A DNA stretch of 64,000 bases from Octopus vulgaris (GCA_951406725.2 OX597816.1:94054001-94118000); one strand, 5' to 3'; positions 13,206 to 27,641 are shown, counted from the stretch's first letter. A program made the numbers and translations. Notes: a model not told the origin generated them from the sequence alone.

Positions 13206-14772
13206 GTAAGGCAATGAGCTGCCTACCTTTTGATTGGACGCAAGAAGCCATGCTGGAATGTCATCCTGCTCATATATCATCACATGCGCAGCAGATTAAG
13301 GGGCAGCATTTAGAGTAGAACATCTAGTGTATGGCTACACCTAGAGTTGGGAATTCCTAGAAAGTGTTCCCTCTATTCAAGGGATTTTTTGCTGGGAACA
13401 CTTTTCACTATCAGTGTAGGGTTACGTCTACTGAAAAAATACTTCAGGGTAAGCTTATTTTTGTGTAGGTTTACCTTCTTTCTAGGAATATTTCTTGGAC
13501 AATATTAATTTTGCTTTGGGTTACCACTATTAAATTATTATATTTCTCAGGTGTAGTTATTTTTAAGCAATACACTAGAATTTTTGTATGGTGGGGGGAA
13601 ATAATGTACAAATACATCTACTTTAGAAGTATAACTAAAGAAGGATTATTTTAATATAAAAATTCAAGATTTGATTTGAATACAGGGTTGTTTCTAAAAG
13701 TTGGGTAAAATCTCAGTTGGGACTATTTTTTAATGTTAAGTAGATAAGCCAATAGGTGAAGGTCATTGACACTAGGAAAGGTAGAGTTAGACTTTCTAAT
13801 TAGAAATCATATTATCATTCATTCATTCATTCATTCATCCATTCATTTTTTTATTTACTTTCATATGAGAAAAGTTAATCTCAGTACTGCAGGCCACAAA
13901 TTACCAATTAGAACCCCAATCACTGAGTCAATTTTGTGTCTTTCTTACTCAGTATTTATGCATATGGAACAAAATTATTTAAAGTTTCAATCAGTATAGA
14001 CTACACTACCTTGCTTGTTTCCTTTACAACCCTCAAAATATTATTAGAAGGCTGTTGTTTAGTTCCTTAATTCCTTTATGACTGGCTTGAAATAAGTCCA
14101 TTCCCATCTAGATAGAACATAAACCTGATGGAAATAAGATTACTTAGTGACTGCTATCTCCAATATTTTGGTAAACAAAGATGCTTAGAAACAAATGTCT
14201 TATTAAGTTGTAAGCTCAAACAAAACACTTGCATGGGACTATACAACCACATGATTTCATAGTTTACAATCTCACCTACTCACTCACATACTGTCAGCAC
14301 TATTGAGAGGATTAAAACCAATATTTTAGCTAAGTTGATGCCTTGCGCACTGAGCTTTCATAACAATTGAAAGACAGTACTAACCAGTCAACCAACATAG
14401 CTCAGAGCCTTTTAGAATTTTTGAATATATCAAATTAATATGTAATTTAAATTTATAAATCTATATTAATAGAATTTAACTGCATGCAGATCTCTGTGTA
14501 TACCTGGTTATGTCCACAGTTATACATTCATAGTCACTACATGAAGACTATGTTGCTCCTGAGCAAATGTGTTAATTTCTATGCAATTACTCGACATGCT
14601 AGAAATAGCAACCAAATCTACCATTTGACATACCCTATCATCTTAAAAAAAGAAGAACACATTTGGCAATATAATCATAGAAACACTACTTCTGGAAGAG
14701 ATAAGATAGTCAAGGAGGAAACTGAACACTTAGAATTATGCATTCATTAGCATCGTTTCCTTTATCCCTCTA

Positions 14773-14830
<58 letters not shown>

Positions 14831-14844
14831 ATACACACACACAA

Positions 14845-14875
<31 letters not shown>

Positions 14876-16918
14876 GTGATTTACTGGTACAAAAGGTGAA
14901 ATATAAATCACTATATAAAAGCCAAGCATATAAAATTCTTTTATATAACTGCAGAGCTTGTATAACTTAATAGCTAAATAACGTGTGTGTGTGTACGTAT
15001 ATTAATGTACACACACGTACACATATATACAAAATGCATTTGCTAGAGAGTGATAGAGAGGCGGGGTATGAATCAGTATATATGTGAAACTAATGAATAA
15101 AACACAAGATTGCTCAATAGTATCATCAATGGATACGTCTCAAAAAGACAGTCAACACTAAAGCTATTGTATTTACATTTTCTGCTATTGTCAACAGAAA
15201 CCTACTTTTGGTAGTTTCAATTTCTTTACTGGTCATATGCTGCTATTAACCTCACTGCAGGCTGCTGGGTTGGTAGAAACAACAGTAGACTAGATTAAAT
15301 GACCTGTATTGGGTTTTCCCTAGTAAATTCTAAATTCAAATGCTGCCAGTAAGGTTAACTTAGCATATCATATCTGCAGAGTCATACACTAAGATTGATT
15401 CAATTGACTGTATTCTTCTCCTGTAAATAACAATAATAATAACTGAGAATGGAAAAATATTTAATTCATAATTGTTAGTCTGATACGATCCCCCAGCAAC
15501 TAATCTTCCCTACTAAGAAACTTTTGCTCCTTAGTTCCCGATGAGCCATAGGTGAAATAGAATATATATTTTGTCAAACTAACAATTATGGATTAAATAT
15601 TTTTTGCTCTGAGACTTAATTTGAGCTTTTTATTCCAAATGGCCAGACATAGCTTCTTTTTGAACTTGTCATCCTCTGGTATAAAAATAGTAACTGTTTA
15701 TTATGGTTTAGGAAAATACACAAAACTCTGTTTTGGAGAAGTGGGGAAATAGAACTGTGATATTCATTACTTTACCAGTTTTCACAAGAAATCACAAGGA
15801 CTCAACTCACTAGTAGCTTATAACAAGAGACGCACTATGTAGCCATTCAGCCTGCAAGAAATAACAACCAAATCTCCCTCGACTAGCGCCCTGCCAACCA
15901 AAAGAGAAAAAGAAGAGGGCATATAGTTCTAGACAGCAATAAAAAGATGGAATAGTCATGGTTGGAATGCATTTGATCATATGTTTGCTCAAATGATGTT
16001 ACCTTGTTTCTAAATACAACTGATATATTGATGACTCAACAGCAGTAACAGTTTATCTTTGTCTGTCTTCTTATCATCAGCATCACATAGGTGACACATT
16101 AACAAGAGCTGTAGAAACATCAGGTTTTCTTAACATACACTTGTTGACTGGTTTATTTTAACCAAACCTAATGCCTTTTATTCACTCTAGAAGAGTAATA
16201 CAATGTTGTAATATTTATTTCTTTTCCAAATGCATTAGTGGCATAAGTGAAACTGGAATCAAAACACACACATTTCACTGGAATCTTATCAGTACAGGAC
16301 AGGATAGCTTGGCTTCTTATCATTCATTTAAAACTAGATATCATATTGAAATTCTATATCCTAAAATTACCTAATTCTGGTGAATGTGCTCTGAAAGAAT
16401 AAGCATTTGACACAACAACCTTTTCTTGGTCATCTGCTTTTTCTATTGTACTCATCAGCCATACACAAGTAAAATAAACATTAATAAATCTTCATCAGTT
16501 TTCATAATGTGTTTAATTCTTTTGAACAACTGAACTCGCTGCTCATGGAATTGATATTCCACAGGCAAGTATCCTTAAGATAACCCTCCAGCACACTTAG
16601 CATGTCACTGTGACAAAGCTTGACCTTTTAATTACAAGTACAATTCATCTAATGAGCTTTCATACAGCCTTTATTCAATTTCACTCATAAGGATTGAGTA
16701 AACTCAAGATTATGATAAAAGATAATTGCCCAAGGTACCATATTGTGGGGAGAAACCCAGGACCCCTTCTTTGTGAAATAAACTTCTTAACCTTATGATT
16801 ACATTGTATCTATTTATGCACATACACACACACACACACATATACATAAAAACATACACACATGCATGCATGCATGCATGCATACATACATACATACATA
16901 CATACATACATACATACA

Positions 16919-16949
<31 letters not shown>

Positions 16950-18710
16950 GTTATGTGAATGCATCTGACAAATGTCCCCTCAACTCCTGAAAGCCAATGC
17001 CTACTTCCACTTTCACAACATGAAGAAAATAAGAGATAGATTTCCCCTTGAAGAGGGCACTACTCTACAAAGGTAACTCTAGCAGATTGTGCTGCACATA
17101 TTACAGATGGACAAACTGAGGTAACATTGACTAAAAGGAGGGCATAGCTTTCTATTAATTATTGTGAACATTTCTCTTGAATTCATATTGAAACTAATGA
17201 CTGGAATTGTAATAGAAGGAGGTGGAAATGGAGCGCAGCTGCCACCACAGTCTATATTTAATTAAGCAAGATGTTATTACTATTGATAATTCTGACTATT
17301 CTAAATAAGTCATTAAGTTCAACGAGCAACTATTTTTCTTCACCATTTTTCATTACACACTGGAAGTTTCATTGCTTCTGTCAGAGAGTACAAATGTCTT
17401 GAACGAAATTGAGTTCACAAACTGATTTTGATTTTCATTAAATATATTACCCTTTATCTACATCATTAGTACCATCAGAAAATATACATGAACATTACAT
17501 TATTACTGTAATTCACTACACCCAAATAAAAAATGATAATAATAATAAACATTATTTTCAAAGGATGTATTGAGTAGAGATATAATTGTAAAATCTCAGT
17601 CTGATGAAACGAAACAGGGTTTGTTTTCAATTTGAAGCATTTCACTTATTTAATACCCCCTGAGTAAAGCATGTGTGCTGCACATTCTCATTAACTCTCC
17701 ATTTTAAGTCTATGTAAAAAAAAAAAATTTAATTAAAAAAATAAAAACTTTTATTGTTAGGAAGTAAGTGTCTTAAAATAGAAATTTGGTCCTAGCATGA
17801 CCATCCTCTGCAATTCAGCTTTCAAATTACAGAACAAGCCATTTCACTCGACTTAAACAGTTAGTATTCTGGAGTAAATTATGAAGATAACAGCAATCCA
17901 TTCTTCTAAATATTGAGCTTTTGTTCCTAGTCAAATATAACAATATATAAATATGGTGTGAAAACTTTATATGTGAGAAAAATAATTCTGTTTTAATTTC
18001 TGTAATTCAGTGGTATCTCATACTGCTTTTGGTGTGTTGAATGAATGAGAAACAAATTTCTCTTTGGTTAGACCATCAGTCTGTGATAGCTAACTCTCCC
18101 CCGACTGAATGTCATGCTTCAGATCAATTGAATATTCATTAAGTTTACAGTGCTACAACAGCTGTTGCTGCTAAACTGCACCACTTTGTGGTCCCTGCTT
18201 ACAGTCAAATTCACTGAACTGATTATAGCAAAAGGACCAGTGTGTACACAGCTCAGCATGGTTGAGAGCACAAAAACTGGTGATATATGAACAATGTGGG
18301 CTTCAGTTTTGGCCATTTCTGTAACTTTCAGATAATTTATCTGTCATATACATGTATGCATGCATACACACATACATACAAACATACATACATGTCTATG
18401 TACACACACACACATGTATATTGCTGCTGAAAATGATATTTCTCTCTGATTTCTCTTTATGAACAAAACATCAAGCAGAGTTATTTTTCACAGTTCAGTT
18501 TAATGAGAATAACATATAAATCATTGTCTGAAAGAAGTTATGTTACTTCTTGTTTGATAGAAAATAAGAATGAAATTACATAGCATATTTAGAACCTATT
18601 TTGATTTTTTCCTTTTCTCAAGGAAAATCATCCGTTTATTCAGTAACAATAAATTCTCAAGAATTTCTTTTAAAATGTTTTCATGTGAATGTTTCATTAT
18701 TTATTTGCAG

Positions 18711-18773
18711 ATGACCAAGAAGGTGGTATTGAGTCAATTGATTATCCATCCAGGCCACATTCGCCAGAATCAG
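18711..18773 (+). CDS. CHRDL: Chordin-like linker exon (63 nt)
   Basis: ttgcag|ATGACC...TCAG|gtaatt; phase 1->1, open: DDQEGGIESIDYPSRPHSPES. Supported by splice signals and frame only. Confidence 0.7.
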
Positions 18774-19861
18774 GTAATTTCAAGATGTAGAATCCCATTA
18801 TGGTATCTAGTTTTAGATGTATGGTAAGATGCCAAACTATCTTGTACTAAGTATGCTTATTTCCTGATGTGACTTATGCAGGAATAAATAGTATCCTTTG
18901 TGTGTCTGCAGAGAGTTGATTTCTCACAGTTTCTCCAGAGCAGTATGGAACTTCAGAAAATGTAACAAGACTTGTGTTGTTAAGATCATTGTCAATATAA
19001 ATAAAGTCAAAGAGATGCAACTAGCAATAAAAGGCATGTTTTCAACTTGAGATGTTTGGGAAATTGTGAAAGCACATGGCATAGGAGTTAAGAAATTGAG
19101 CTCACAATCATAATTTTTGATTCAGTGTACCCTTCAATCCAGGATGCAATTTCTGTACCAGAGGGCATATTGTGTTCTTTTCAAGGCTTATTTCATTTCA
19201 CATTGCTCCAGTCAACTCAGCTGAAATGAGTCTCTTTTCATCTGTTACACTATTTACATTCTACATAAGTACTTAAAACAATTAGAGAAAACATGACACT
19301 CACTACCAAATTGAGTAACAGCTGTAGATTCTTCTGGAAATTATAACCTATTCTCCATCACTCTCTGGGATACTATAATCTACATCACTGGCCCTTTGAG
19401 AGGTTATCCTCTACTCTACATTGCCCTTTCTCTGGAAGCTCTCTCACAATTGTCTAGTATAAGTGATTGTCTTCAATTGACACTGGTATTACATTCCTTG
19501 TCAGTGAGCATACATTATTGACAGAGATTTGTATTGCAAGAAACTTACTCCTATGTTTACTGAAACTCACTGAGATATTATAAAACATAAGAGAATTGAA
19601 AATAGCAAAGCTATTAAAGTATTTTTATATATTATATTAGCACCTTCCCTCTTATGAGCTTAAATTGTGGTATGCATCAACTCTTTTACTGGGTAATGAA
19701 CAATACTCCCTTTTCTATAAAACTTACATGAGTGTCCTATTCAAAAGATATCAATAGTTTGATAAATGCCTAATGTTAGAAATATGATTTTCCACAGGGA
19801 TAAAAATTAAGAGCTATATTAAAAGACACCAATTATTTACTTTGTTTTCATCTCTTTTCAG

Positions 19862-19921
19862 ATGTCAAAAAGAATAATGGGAATAATGCATCACTTCCTC
19901 TTAATAATTCTTCTGAATCTG
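19862..19921 (+). CDS. CHRDL: Chordin-like linker exon (60 nt)
   Basis: Long pyrimidine tract, tttcag|ATGTCA...TCTG|gtaagg; phase 1->1, open: DVKKNNGNNASLPLNNSSES with N-glycosylation sequons. Confidence 0.75.
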
Positions 19922-20971
19922 GTAAGGGTCTTGCAGTTTAAAATACATACGTACATGTGACACTAGTATCAGTTTCATTTTTTATACTGAAAACATAGGT
20001 CTTTCATTTCATGGAAGGGAGAAATCTTGTGACTTTTAATGTCTTTCCAATGAAATTAGCAGCATAAGACAAGTGAATTTGTATAAAATATGCACTAGTA
20101 TTTTTTTTCAATCTCCTGTGCTCTACAAAGTCAAATAATTCAGATCAGTGTGGTAGACTGAGTGCAAAACGTTAACGATGCAAAGTCTGCTATTTTCTGC
20201 TATTGTTACGATTAGTTATTGATAGATTTGAAGCTCAGGCATGACTGACATAATCTATGATAAATATAAACACATGATTGCTATTACATATGTTGGAAAC
20301 TCTGGTCTAAATATAGTTAGACTAAAATAATTTTTTTATGCAGCCATTTAAAACATTCTTTGAACAGTAAAAATTAATATGATAATTATTTTTGTAATTA
20401 TTTAATTTGGAAGGTGGCAGAATGCTAGACTAGTTTTTCTTTGGGTTTTGAGCTCAAATTCAGCTACATTTGATTTTGCCTTTCACTTACTAGTGTCCAT
20501 AAAATTAGTATCAACATCTAATCTATTTATATTCTTTCATTACAAATATAAGGGTTCGTCAACATCTGAAGTAGTTTTGATATTAAGTCATATACTTGTA
20601 AAGCACAGCGTTACCAAAGCAGAGTATAATGGATTGAATCCCTGCACCTAATAAGTGTATGTTTCTTAGTGTCTCAATTCTAGAAGAATGAAATTCAAAG
20701 TCAACCCCTGTGGGGTTTTCACTCTGAATATAAAAGTGGATGCTTTAAAGTTTTACTGTTTCTGTCAACTCATTGCTCTAACATTTAATGAACAATATTG
20801 ATTCTTAATATTAGAAATATTTGAAAATATGTCTCTTTACAAGACAGAATTTTGTGCTGTTTGAATCTAAGTTCATCAAGTCTTTACCAAATTTAGGCAT
20901 TGTGTTAAAAGTTGTTTTCTATTAATTACAAGTAATTAACATGATTGTTGCTGGTATACTTGTTCTTTTAG

Positions 20972-21075
20972 ATTATGCAAATAGTTGCACAGATGGAGCA
21001 CACAAAAATGGCAGCACATGGCATCCAGTTCTTACTCCTTTTGGGCCACATCCTTGCATTCTGTGTTCTTGTATA
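20972..21075 (+). CDS. CHRDL: Chordin-like exon (VWC3 N-half)
   Basis: ttttag|ATTATG...TGTATA|gtaagt; phase 1->0; YANSCTDGAHKNGSTWHPVLTPFGPHPCILCSCI. Confidence 0.9.
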
Positions 21076-21928
21076 GTAAGTAATTTTCTCTTTATATCAT
21101 TGTATATTTTACTGTATTTTCACATCTAGTGTTTAGTAACTATGCGACATAAAATTTAAAATCCTTATTTGCATTGTGAACAGCAAACTCCGAAACAAAT
21201 AATTTGCACATTTATTCTTAAAACATTCTGCCAGATGTAAACACAAATATGCTAATTACTGTTTTGTATGTCACAGAAAAACAACTTCTCCCTTTTATGA
21301 CAACAACGTATTCATAACTCACTTAACTCATTGGTGCAAGGGATTTATCATAACATACAATTTTTTCTTATATAACTGCTTCACATATTTGCTGTCCAAG
21401 TAATTTGTCAACAGATCAGTGCCCTCCTAAAAGAAACAACACTATTGTTGGTGACCTCATAACCATCTTCATTTTCACATTTACCAACTGTTTATGTTAC
21501 TGGTGTATATTGTTATTATCCAATGAAGATAAATTTGTGGCTCAACAGAAAGAAAAACAGATTTAACTTATGAGTAAATCTCTGGACAAAATGTTTCATG
21601 ACATTTCTTCGAGCTTTATGTTCTGAGTTTAAATTCTGCTGAGTTGACTTTGCCTTTCACCCTTTTGGAGTCACTGAAATCAATACCAGTTGGGCACTGA
21701 AGCTGATGTAATTGGCTAGCCTCCTCCCCTAAAATCTCAGGCCTTGTGCCTATTATAGAAAAGGAAGGCAGCAAAATGGCAGAACTGTTATGCTGTTGAT
21801 GTCAAATTTGTCGTTTGTCCTTTCAGGGTCGATGAAATAACTATCAGTCAAGCACTGGAGTGCCCCTGCAACTACTAGGATAACAGTTACTTCTCTCATT
21901 GCCCATATTCTTGCAATTTTGTCTTATA

Positions 21929-21961
<33 letters not shown>

Positions 21962-22510
21962 GAGTGAGAGAGCAGTGCATGCCATCAAAGTGACACTGGG
22001 GTAAAATATACGAAGCCCAATATACCCATCATGACTACCCGTCTGATAAGGGTACACCAGGCACATGCATCACAACCATATGTTCGCGATATGGTGATCT
22101 CATATCAAGATAAACAGCACATGACCTTGCAGGTGGGGCCCAGTTAGAATTTTCTTCAGGTTGAGTAGCCCATTCCGCTCAAAAGGTCCCCGAATAAGGG
22201 TTGTTTAAGGATGTTGAAAGAACCACCCATGTTTCCAGAGGTGAATTATTCAAACCCCAAAGAATCCCTCTCAACACATGGCTATGATGCTCCCCCACTA
22301 CTTCTGCTCGTGATCAGAGATGCACATATCGTCAGCCACAAAGGGACATGCTCAACTGGTTAAGGTCAAACAACTGACAAGCAAATCTGTGGTATTGAGC
22401 AGAATATTTGCTGTAGCCCATCTTTTATACCAAGACAAAACAATGTACATGATAACACTTCCAATCAGTTAAGATCAGAAGCCATGAGAGCCACTGCCTG
22501 GTACTGCATC
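21962..22510 (-). mobile_element. ~550-bp non-autonomous retroposon in (ATT)n, copy 1
   Basis: Near-identical to 24466-25019; bounded by (ATT)n on both sides; no ORF. Strand is inferred. Confidence 0.75.
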
Positions 22511-22555
22511 TATTATTATTATGATTATTATTATTATTATTATTATTACTATTAC

Positions 22556-22600
<45 letters not shown>

Positions 22601-22617
22601 TATTATTATTATTATTC

Positions 22618-24160
22618 AGTAGTTTTATTTTTATAGCATGCTTTCACTTCACTACCGAGCGCAGCTCTGTGTGCCTTGGGTATGTGCTGTGATTTGTTGT
22701 GATGCTCTGATGGTTATTGTATGGAAAGTGTTCTGCGTAGGATGTGTGCAGTGCCTAGTATTGCAATTTTCTGTATTTATATGTGTTTGTAAGTCCTGGT
22801 GTTTTTGTTATGTATTTGTCTGAATATTTTTTTATCATGCCTAATGCACCTACTATGATAGGAATTGTTTCTGTATTCAGATTCCACATTCTGGTTACCT
22901 CTATTTCCAGGTCTTTGTATTTTGAGAGTTTCTCCATTTCTTTTAGAGACACATTGTCATCTGCCGGTATTGATACATCAATTAGAAAGCATTTTTTTTC
23001 TTCATGATCTCTGACAACTATATCTGGCCTATTGGCCTTAATTTCTCTATCTGTGTGTATCGGCATATCCCAGAGTATGGTTGCTTTCTCGTTTTCTGTG
23101 ACCTTTTCTGGTGTGTGCCTATACCATCTTTTCTCTGTTGTTATTCCATAATGTTGGCATAGCTTCCAATGTATGTAGGTTCCAACTCTGTCATGTCTGT
23201 GAATATATTCCTTCTTAGCCAGGACTGGGCAGCTAGAGATAATATGATTTATTGTTTCTTGTCCATCTCCACATATTCTGCACTTACTTGTTATATTTCT
23301 TTTCATTACATGCTTTTGGTAATTTCTGTTGGGGAGGCTTTGGTCTTGTGCCGCAATTAAAAATCCCTCTGCTTCTGCTTTGAGTCCTGAGCTTCTCAAC
23401 CATTGCTGGGATTTTTCTTTGTCTATTTCTTTTGTGTTTAGTTTAGTCCAGTATTTACCATGAAGGGGCTTTTCTTGCCATCGTTTTATCATGGTTCGTT
23501 GCTGTTCTATTTTTAGTTTGGATTTCATTTGTTTTATAGCTTTTGTTGTTTCTTCATCTTCTTCTTCTTCTTCTTCTTCATATTTATTAGGTGGTATGAT
23601 TTCTTGTTTGTATTTGTCAGCTTCCTTAAATACTGAGAACAGTTTTTTGTTTTGCTCGTGTTTTGCCGCTATTTGTATCAGTTTTCCTTCCTTCTGAAGT
23701 AGATATTTTTGCAGTCCTATGGTGGTTATTTTATAGTAGTTTTCCAGTTGTATAAGGCCTCTACCACCTTCTATACGTTGTATATATAGTCTTTCTATGT
23801 CAGATTTTGGGTGATGCATCCTAGATCCTGTCATTATTTTTCTTGTTTTCCTATCTATTTTGGTCAGTTCATTTCGTGTCCAGTTAAGGATATTGTAGCT
23901 GTAACTTATAACTGGGACAGCTAAAGTGTTAATACCTATTATCTTGTTTTTAGCATTGAGCTCTGTTTTTAGCATTGATCTAACTCGTCTATAATATTCT
24001 TTTTTTATTTTCTCTTTCATTTGTGTGTGTTGTGTCTTATCTAGTTCATGGATTCCTAAGTATTTGTAAGTTTGGCTTTGGTCTAATTCTTTTATTTCAT
24101 TGGTTTTATCTAGTGTGATGTTGCTACTCTTAACTAGTTTTCCTCTTTTCATGGTTACTT
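22618..24160 (-). mobile_element. 5'-truncated R4/Dong-type non-LTR retrotransposon (RT C-terminus, CCHC knuckle, restriction-like endonuclease)
   Basis: 465-aa ORF 22755-24152 with YKYLGI, GGRGL, CRICG...ETINHIISSC, RHD, NRPDIVV...LIDVSIP...KE.EKLSKY; embedded in (ATT)n on both sides, as expected for TAA-targeting Dong elements. Confidence 0.9.
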
Positions 24161-24181
24161 ATTATTATTATTCATGGTTAC

Positions 24182-24230
<49 letters not shown>

Positions 24231-24465
24231 GATCTTCTTTCGAATATGTTTCCATTTCTTGCCAAGTGTTTTCTTTACACCTAGAACAGAGAAATGTACT
24301 GTATACATCGGTAGACCATTAAAATAAACACATCAGATTGTTCATTTACAAAGTCATGTAATAGACAAAAAGAGGAAGAAAGACAGAGAGAAAGGAAAAA
24401 ATAAAAGATTAAAAAGTCAGCAAATATAATAAAGGGGGATTATTATTATTATTATTATTATTATT

Positions 24466-25019
24466 GAGTGAGCGAGCAGAGCATGCCATCAAAGTGACAC
24501 TAGAGTAAAATATACGAAGCCCAGTATACCCATCATGACTACCCGTCTGATAAGGGTACACCAGGCACATGCATCACAACAATATGTGTGCGACATCGTG
24601 ATCTCATATCAAGATAAACGGCACATGACCTTGCAGGTGGGGCCCAGTTAGAATTTTCTTCAGATCGAGTAACCCATCCCGCTCAAAAGGTCCCTGAATA
24701 AGGGTTGTTTAAGGACGTTGAACAAAACACCCATGTTTCCAGAGGTGAATTATTCAAACCCCAAAGAATCCTTCTCAACACATGGCTATGATGCTCCCCC
24801 ACTACTTCTGCTCGTGATCAGAGATGCACATATCGTCAGCCACTAAGGGACATGCTCAACTGGTTAAGGTCAAACAACTGACAAGCAAATCTGTGGTATT
24901 GAGCAGAATATTTGCTGTAGCCCATCTTTTATACCAAGACAAAACAATGTACATGATAACACTTCCAATCAGTTAAGATCAGAAGCCATGAGAGCCACTG
25001 CCTGGTACTGCATCAGGGC
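24466..25019 (-). mobile_element. ~550-bp non-autonomous retroposon in (ATT)n, copy 2
   Basis: Direct repeat of 21962-22510 with scattered substitutions; bounded by (ATT)n arrays. Confidence 0.75.
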
Positions 25020-25082
<63 letters not shown>

Positions 25083-25128
25083 TATTATCATCATCGTCAT
25101 CATCATCATTATTATCATTATTATTATT

Positions 25129-25199
<71 letters not shown>

Positions 25200-25427
25200 A
25201 TTTTCAAAAAGTTCATTCAATTTCTGCTGCATCACCTGGTGTAAACCAGGTGTACCTTTACCCCTATACTCCTGGAGTTTTCACCACATTGCCTTTTAGG
25301 AATGCAGAATTGTATTTGTGTCAGTTTGGTTTTGATGTGAAGTTTGTTTAACATCTTTGTGCTTGTTGATATCGTTTTCATTGCATTGGATCTGCTAAAT
25401 AAATGCTTCCTTTTCATTTTCTTCAAG

Positions 25428-25536
25428 AATGGACAGACCCAGTGCAGTAAAATTGATTGTCCTAAAGTCTCATGTTCAAGACCCAGAAAGGTTGATGGCA
25501 AATGTTGCCCTGTCTGTAAAAAAAGAAGATGCAAAG
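25428..25536 (+). CDS. CHRDL: Chordin-like exon (VWC3 C-half)
   Basis: ttcaag|AATGGA...AAAG|gtagga; phase 0->1; NGQTQCSKIDCPKVSCSRPRKVDGKCCPVCKKRRCK. Confidence 0.9.
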
Positions 25537-26953
25537 GTAGGATGTCAATATTTCTCGTATAAGCTGATGATCCATAATTTAATTGAATTTGTTCTTAATT
25601 TCCAATTCTACCTTTGTAAAATTTTTAATAAACACACCATATCTTCCAGCATACAAATGAACATAGCATATATAGTGTAAGCATTCAAATATTGTCTGTC
25701 TTTCTAAATCCTGCTGTATTTTTCACATAGAATTTTTGGTCCTCCAAAGTCATCTCAGTGTGTAAGTCAACTTACAGATTTTGGCTGTAAATCTTAGTTT
25801 GTAGAATTCAACTTGTATGCCAGAAAATATGGCATACCAAATAACACTGTATCTGAAAAAGAAGACAGACATTCAGTAGAGTCACATTAATTCTAAGAGA
25901 CAATGGTTTAGCGCCTATCAAAGACACTTAACCCTTTAAAAGGTTTAATTCACTTAACTATAAACACGATCCATGCTGAAGAAAGTTTACCCCTGCAAAC
26001 AGTGAGAGGCAATGTAATTAACAAATTGACAAATGTTTTGTTAGCTTGTATAACATAAAGCCAATCCTGCTATAGGCTTGGGAAAATGTACAGAAAATCA
26101 ATCCAATCAATTATGTCCAAGAATATCCTGCCTTGTCAGTAGAATTGTTAAAAGTTGGCTTCTCAATGGTGCATGCAAACCTATACATAGCTATTTAGCA
26201 TCTTAAACAAACACACACACACACACACACAAACATACACACGTGTGCATGCACGCACACACACACACACACACACACAAACATATGCTTGCACACACAC
26301 ATGCACACAAACACACAAATATACAAATTCACGCACATACATACAAACATATATGTATGTGTGTACATGCATGTATGTGTGTGTGTGTGTGTGCATGCAT
26401 GTATGTATGTACATATGTATATGCATGCACATGTGTGTATTTATGCTTTTGTTTACATTTATGCTTTTCTGAAAATCTCAAGCTACAGTGTCATTGTTAC
26501 CATTTCTCCAGTCAATGAATAAATACACTGGCTTCACCTCAAAGACATGTAAAATAAGAGAACTCTTACTTGAAAAACAGGTAATGGTTATTAACAGAAA
26601 ATGCACCAGCAGTACAAAACATGATACCTCAACAGTATATATATATATGTATAATCCAATCTATCATGAGATAATTGATATAAAAAGAAGCATATGTTTA
26701 CATATGTACAAATGTTAGGGAACCCTTAGGAAGTACTCTTTCTGCTAAATATTTTATGTTCTAAATATGTTTGAGTATAAATGTTTCACGTCAAATCTCT
26801 TTCAAGGAAACACTCAGGATTATCACATCTTTCAATGATAATGGCCAAAAGTCTTCATGTTTTATTGACGATTAGTTTTGTGCAAGACGTTTGGAATCTA
26901 CTTCTGTGTGCATATCCTACCAGAAGACAGCAGGAGAAATCTTCAGAGGAAGT

Positions 26954-27256
26954 GTTTGTAGAATTCAACTTGTATGTCAGAAAATATGGCACACCAAATA
27001 ACACTGTATCTGAAAGGGAAGATATTCAGTAGAGTTTGTTCGACTAAAGGTGGTGCTCCAGCATCGCCAGAGTCAAATAACTGAAACAAGTAAAAGAATA
27101 ACCTAATGGTTTTGATTCCCAGACCAATCATTGCACTGTCTTCTTGAGAAAAACATTTCATTTCACACTGCTCTGTGGTCATTTGAGCATCTGTCGTGTG
27201 GCCCACTTGTGCAGCTGTAAAGGCAATGTTGATTTGATAGCTTATATGAACACAAA
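26954..27256 (+). repeat. Composite local duplication
   Basis: 26954-27035 copies 25797-25882; 27036-27256 copies 28521-28739. Confidence 0.88.
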
Positions 27257-27446
27257 GGGAGCCAGGCCCACCCAAGTCTTGATTCCATGGTGCCTTCCTT
27301 CTATTTCTGAAGTGCCACTTTTAGTAGAGATTCAGCTGAGAACCTTTGGGTGATCTTATTTTATAGCGAGTGAGACATACTGACCATTTTCTCATAAATT
27401 TTCCCTTGCATTGTGAGGTTGATAATTAACTCAGCTGACCATTTCA

Positions 27447-27501
<55 letters not shown>

Positions 27502-27641
27502 TCCTCTCCCCCCTCTCTCCTTCTCTCTCTACACATGCATACACATACATAGCAAGAGAAATTCATTATTGAATAATACATACCAGAAGAGTTTTACTAC
27601 TTACAAAATTCAATCATTTTCTTTCACTTTCTCTTTCTCAG

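Noticed and set aside
15535-15562. CCGATGA-GCCATAGGT-GAAA hammerhead-like motif
   Set aside because: Core U is mutated and there is no cleavage triplet or stem I; at best a dead relic.
17595-17622. CTGATGA-AAC-GAAAC hammerhead-like core
   Set aside because: No stem II and no convincing stems I/III.
21962-25019. Direct repeats flanking an RT-related ORF, resembling an LTR retrotransposon
   Set aside because: The ORF is a non-LTR RLE type; repeats lack TG...CA ends and are separated from the ORF by (ATT)n and unique sequence.
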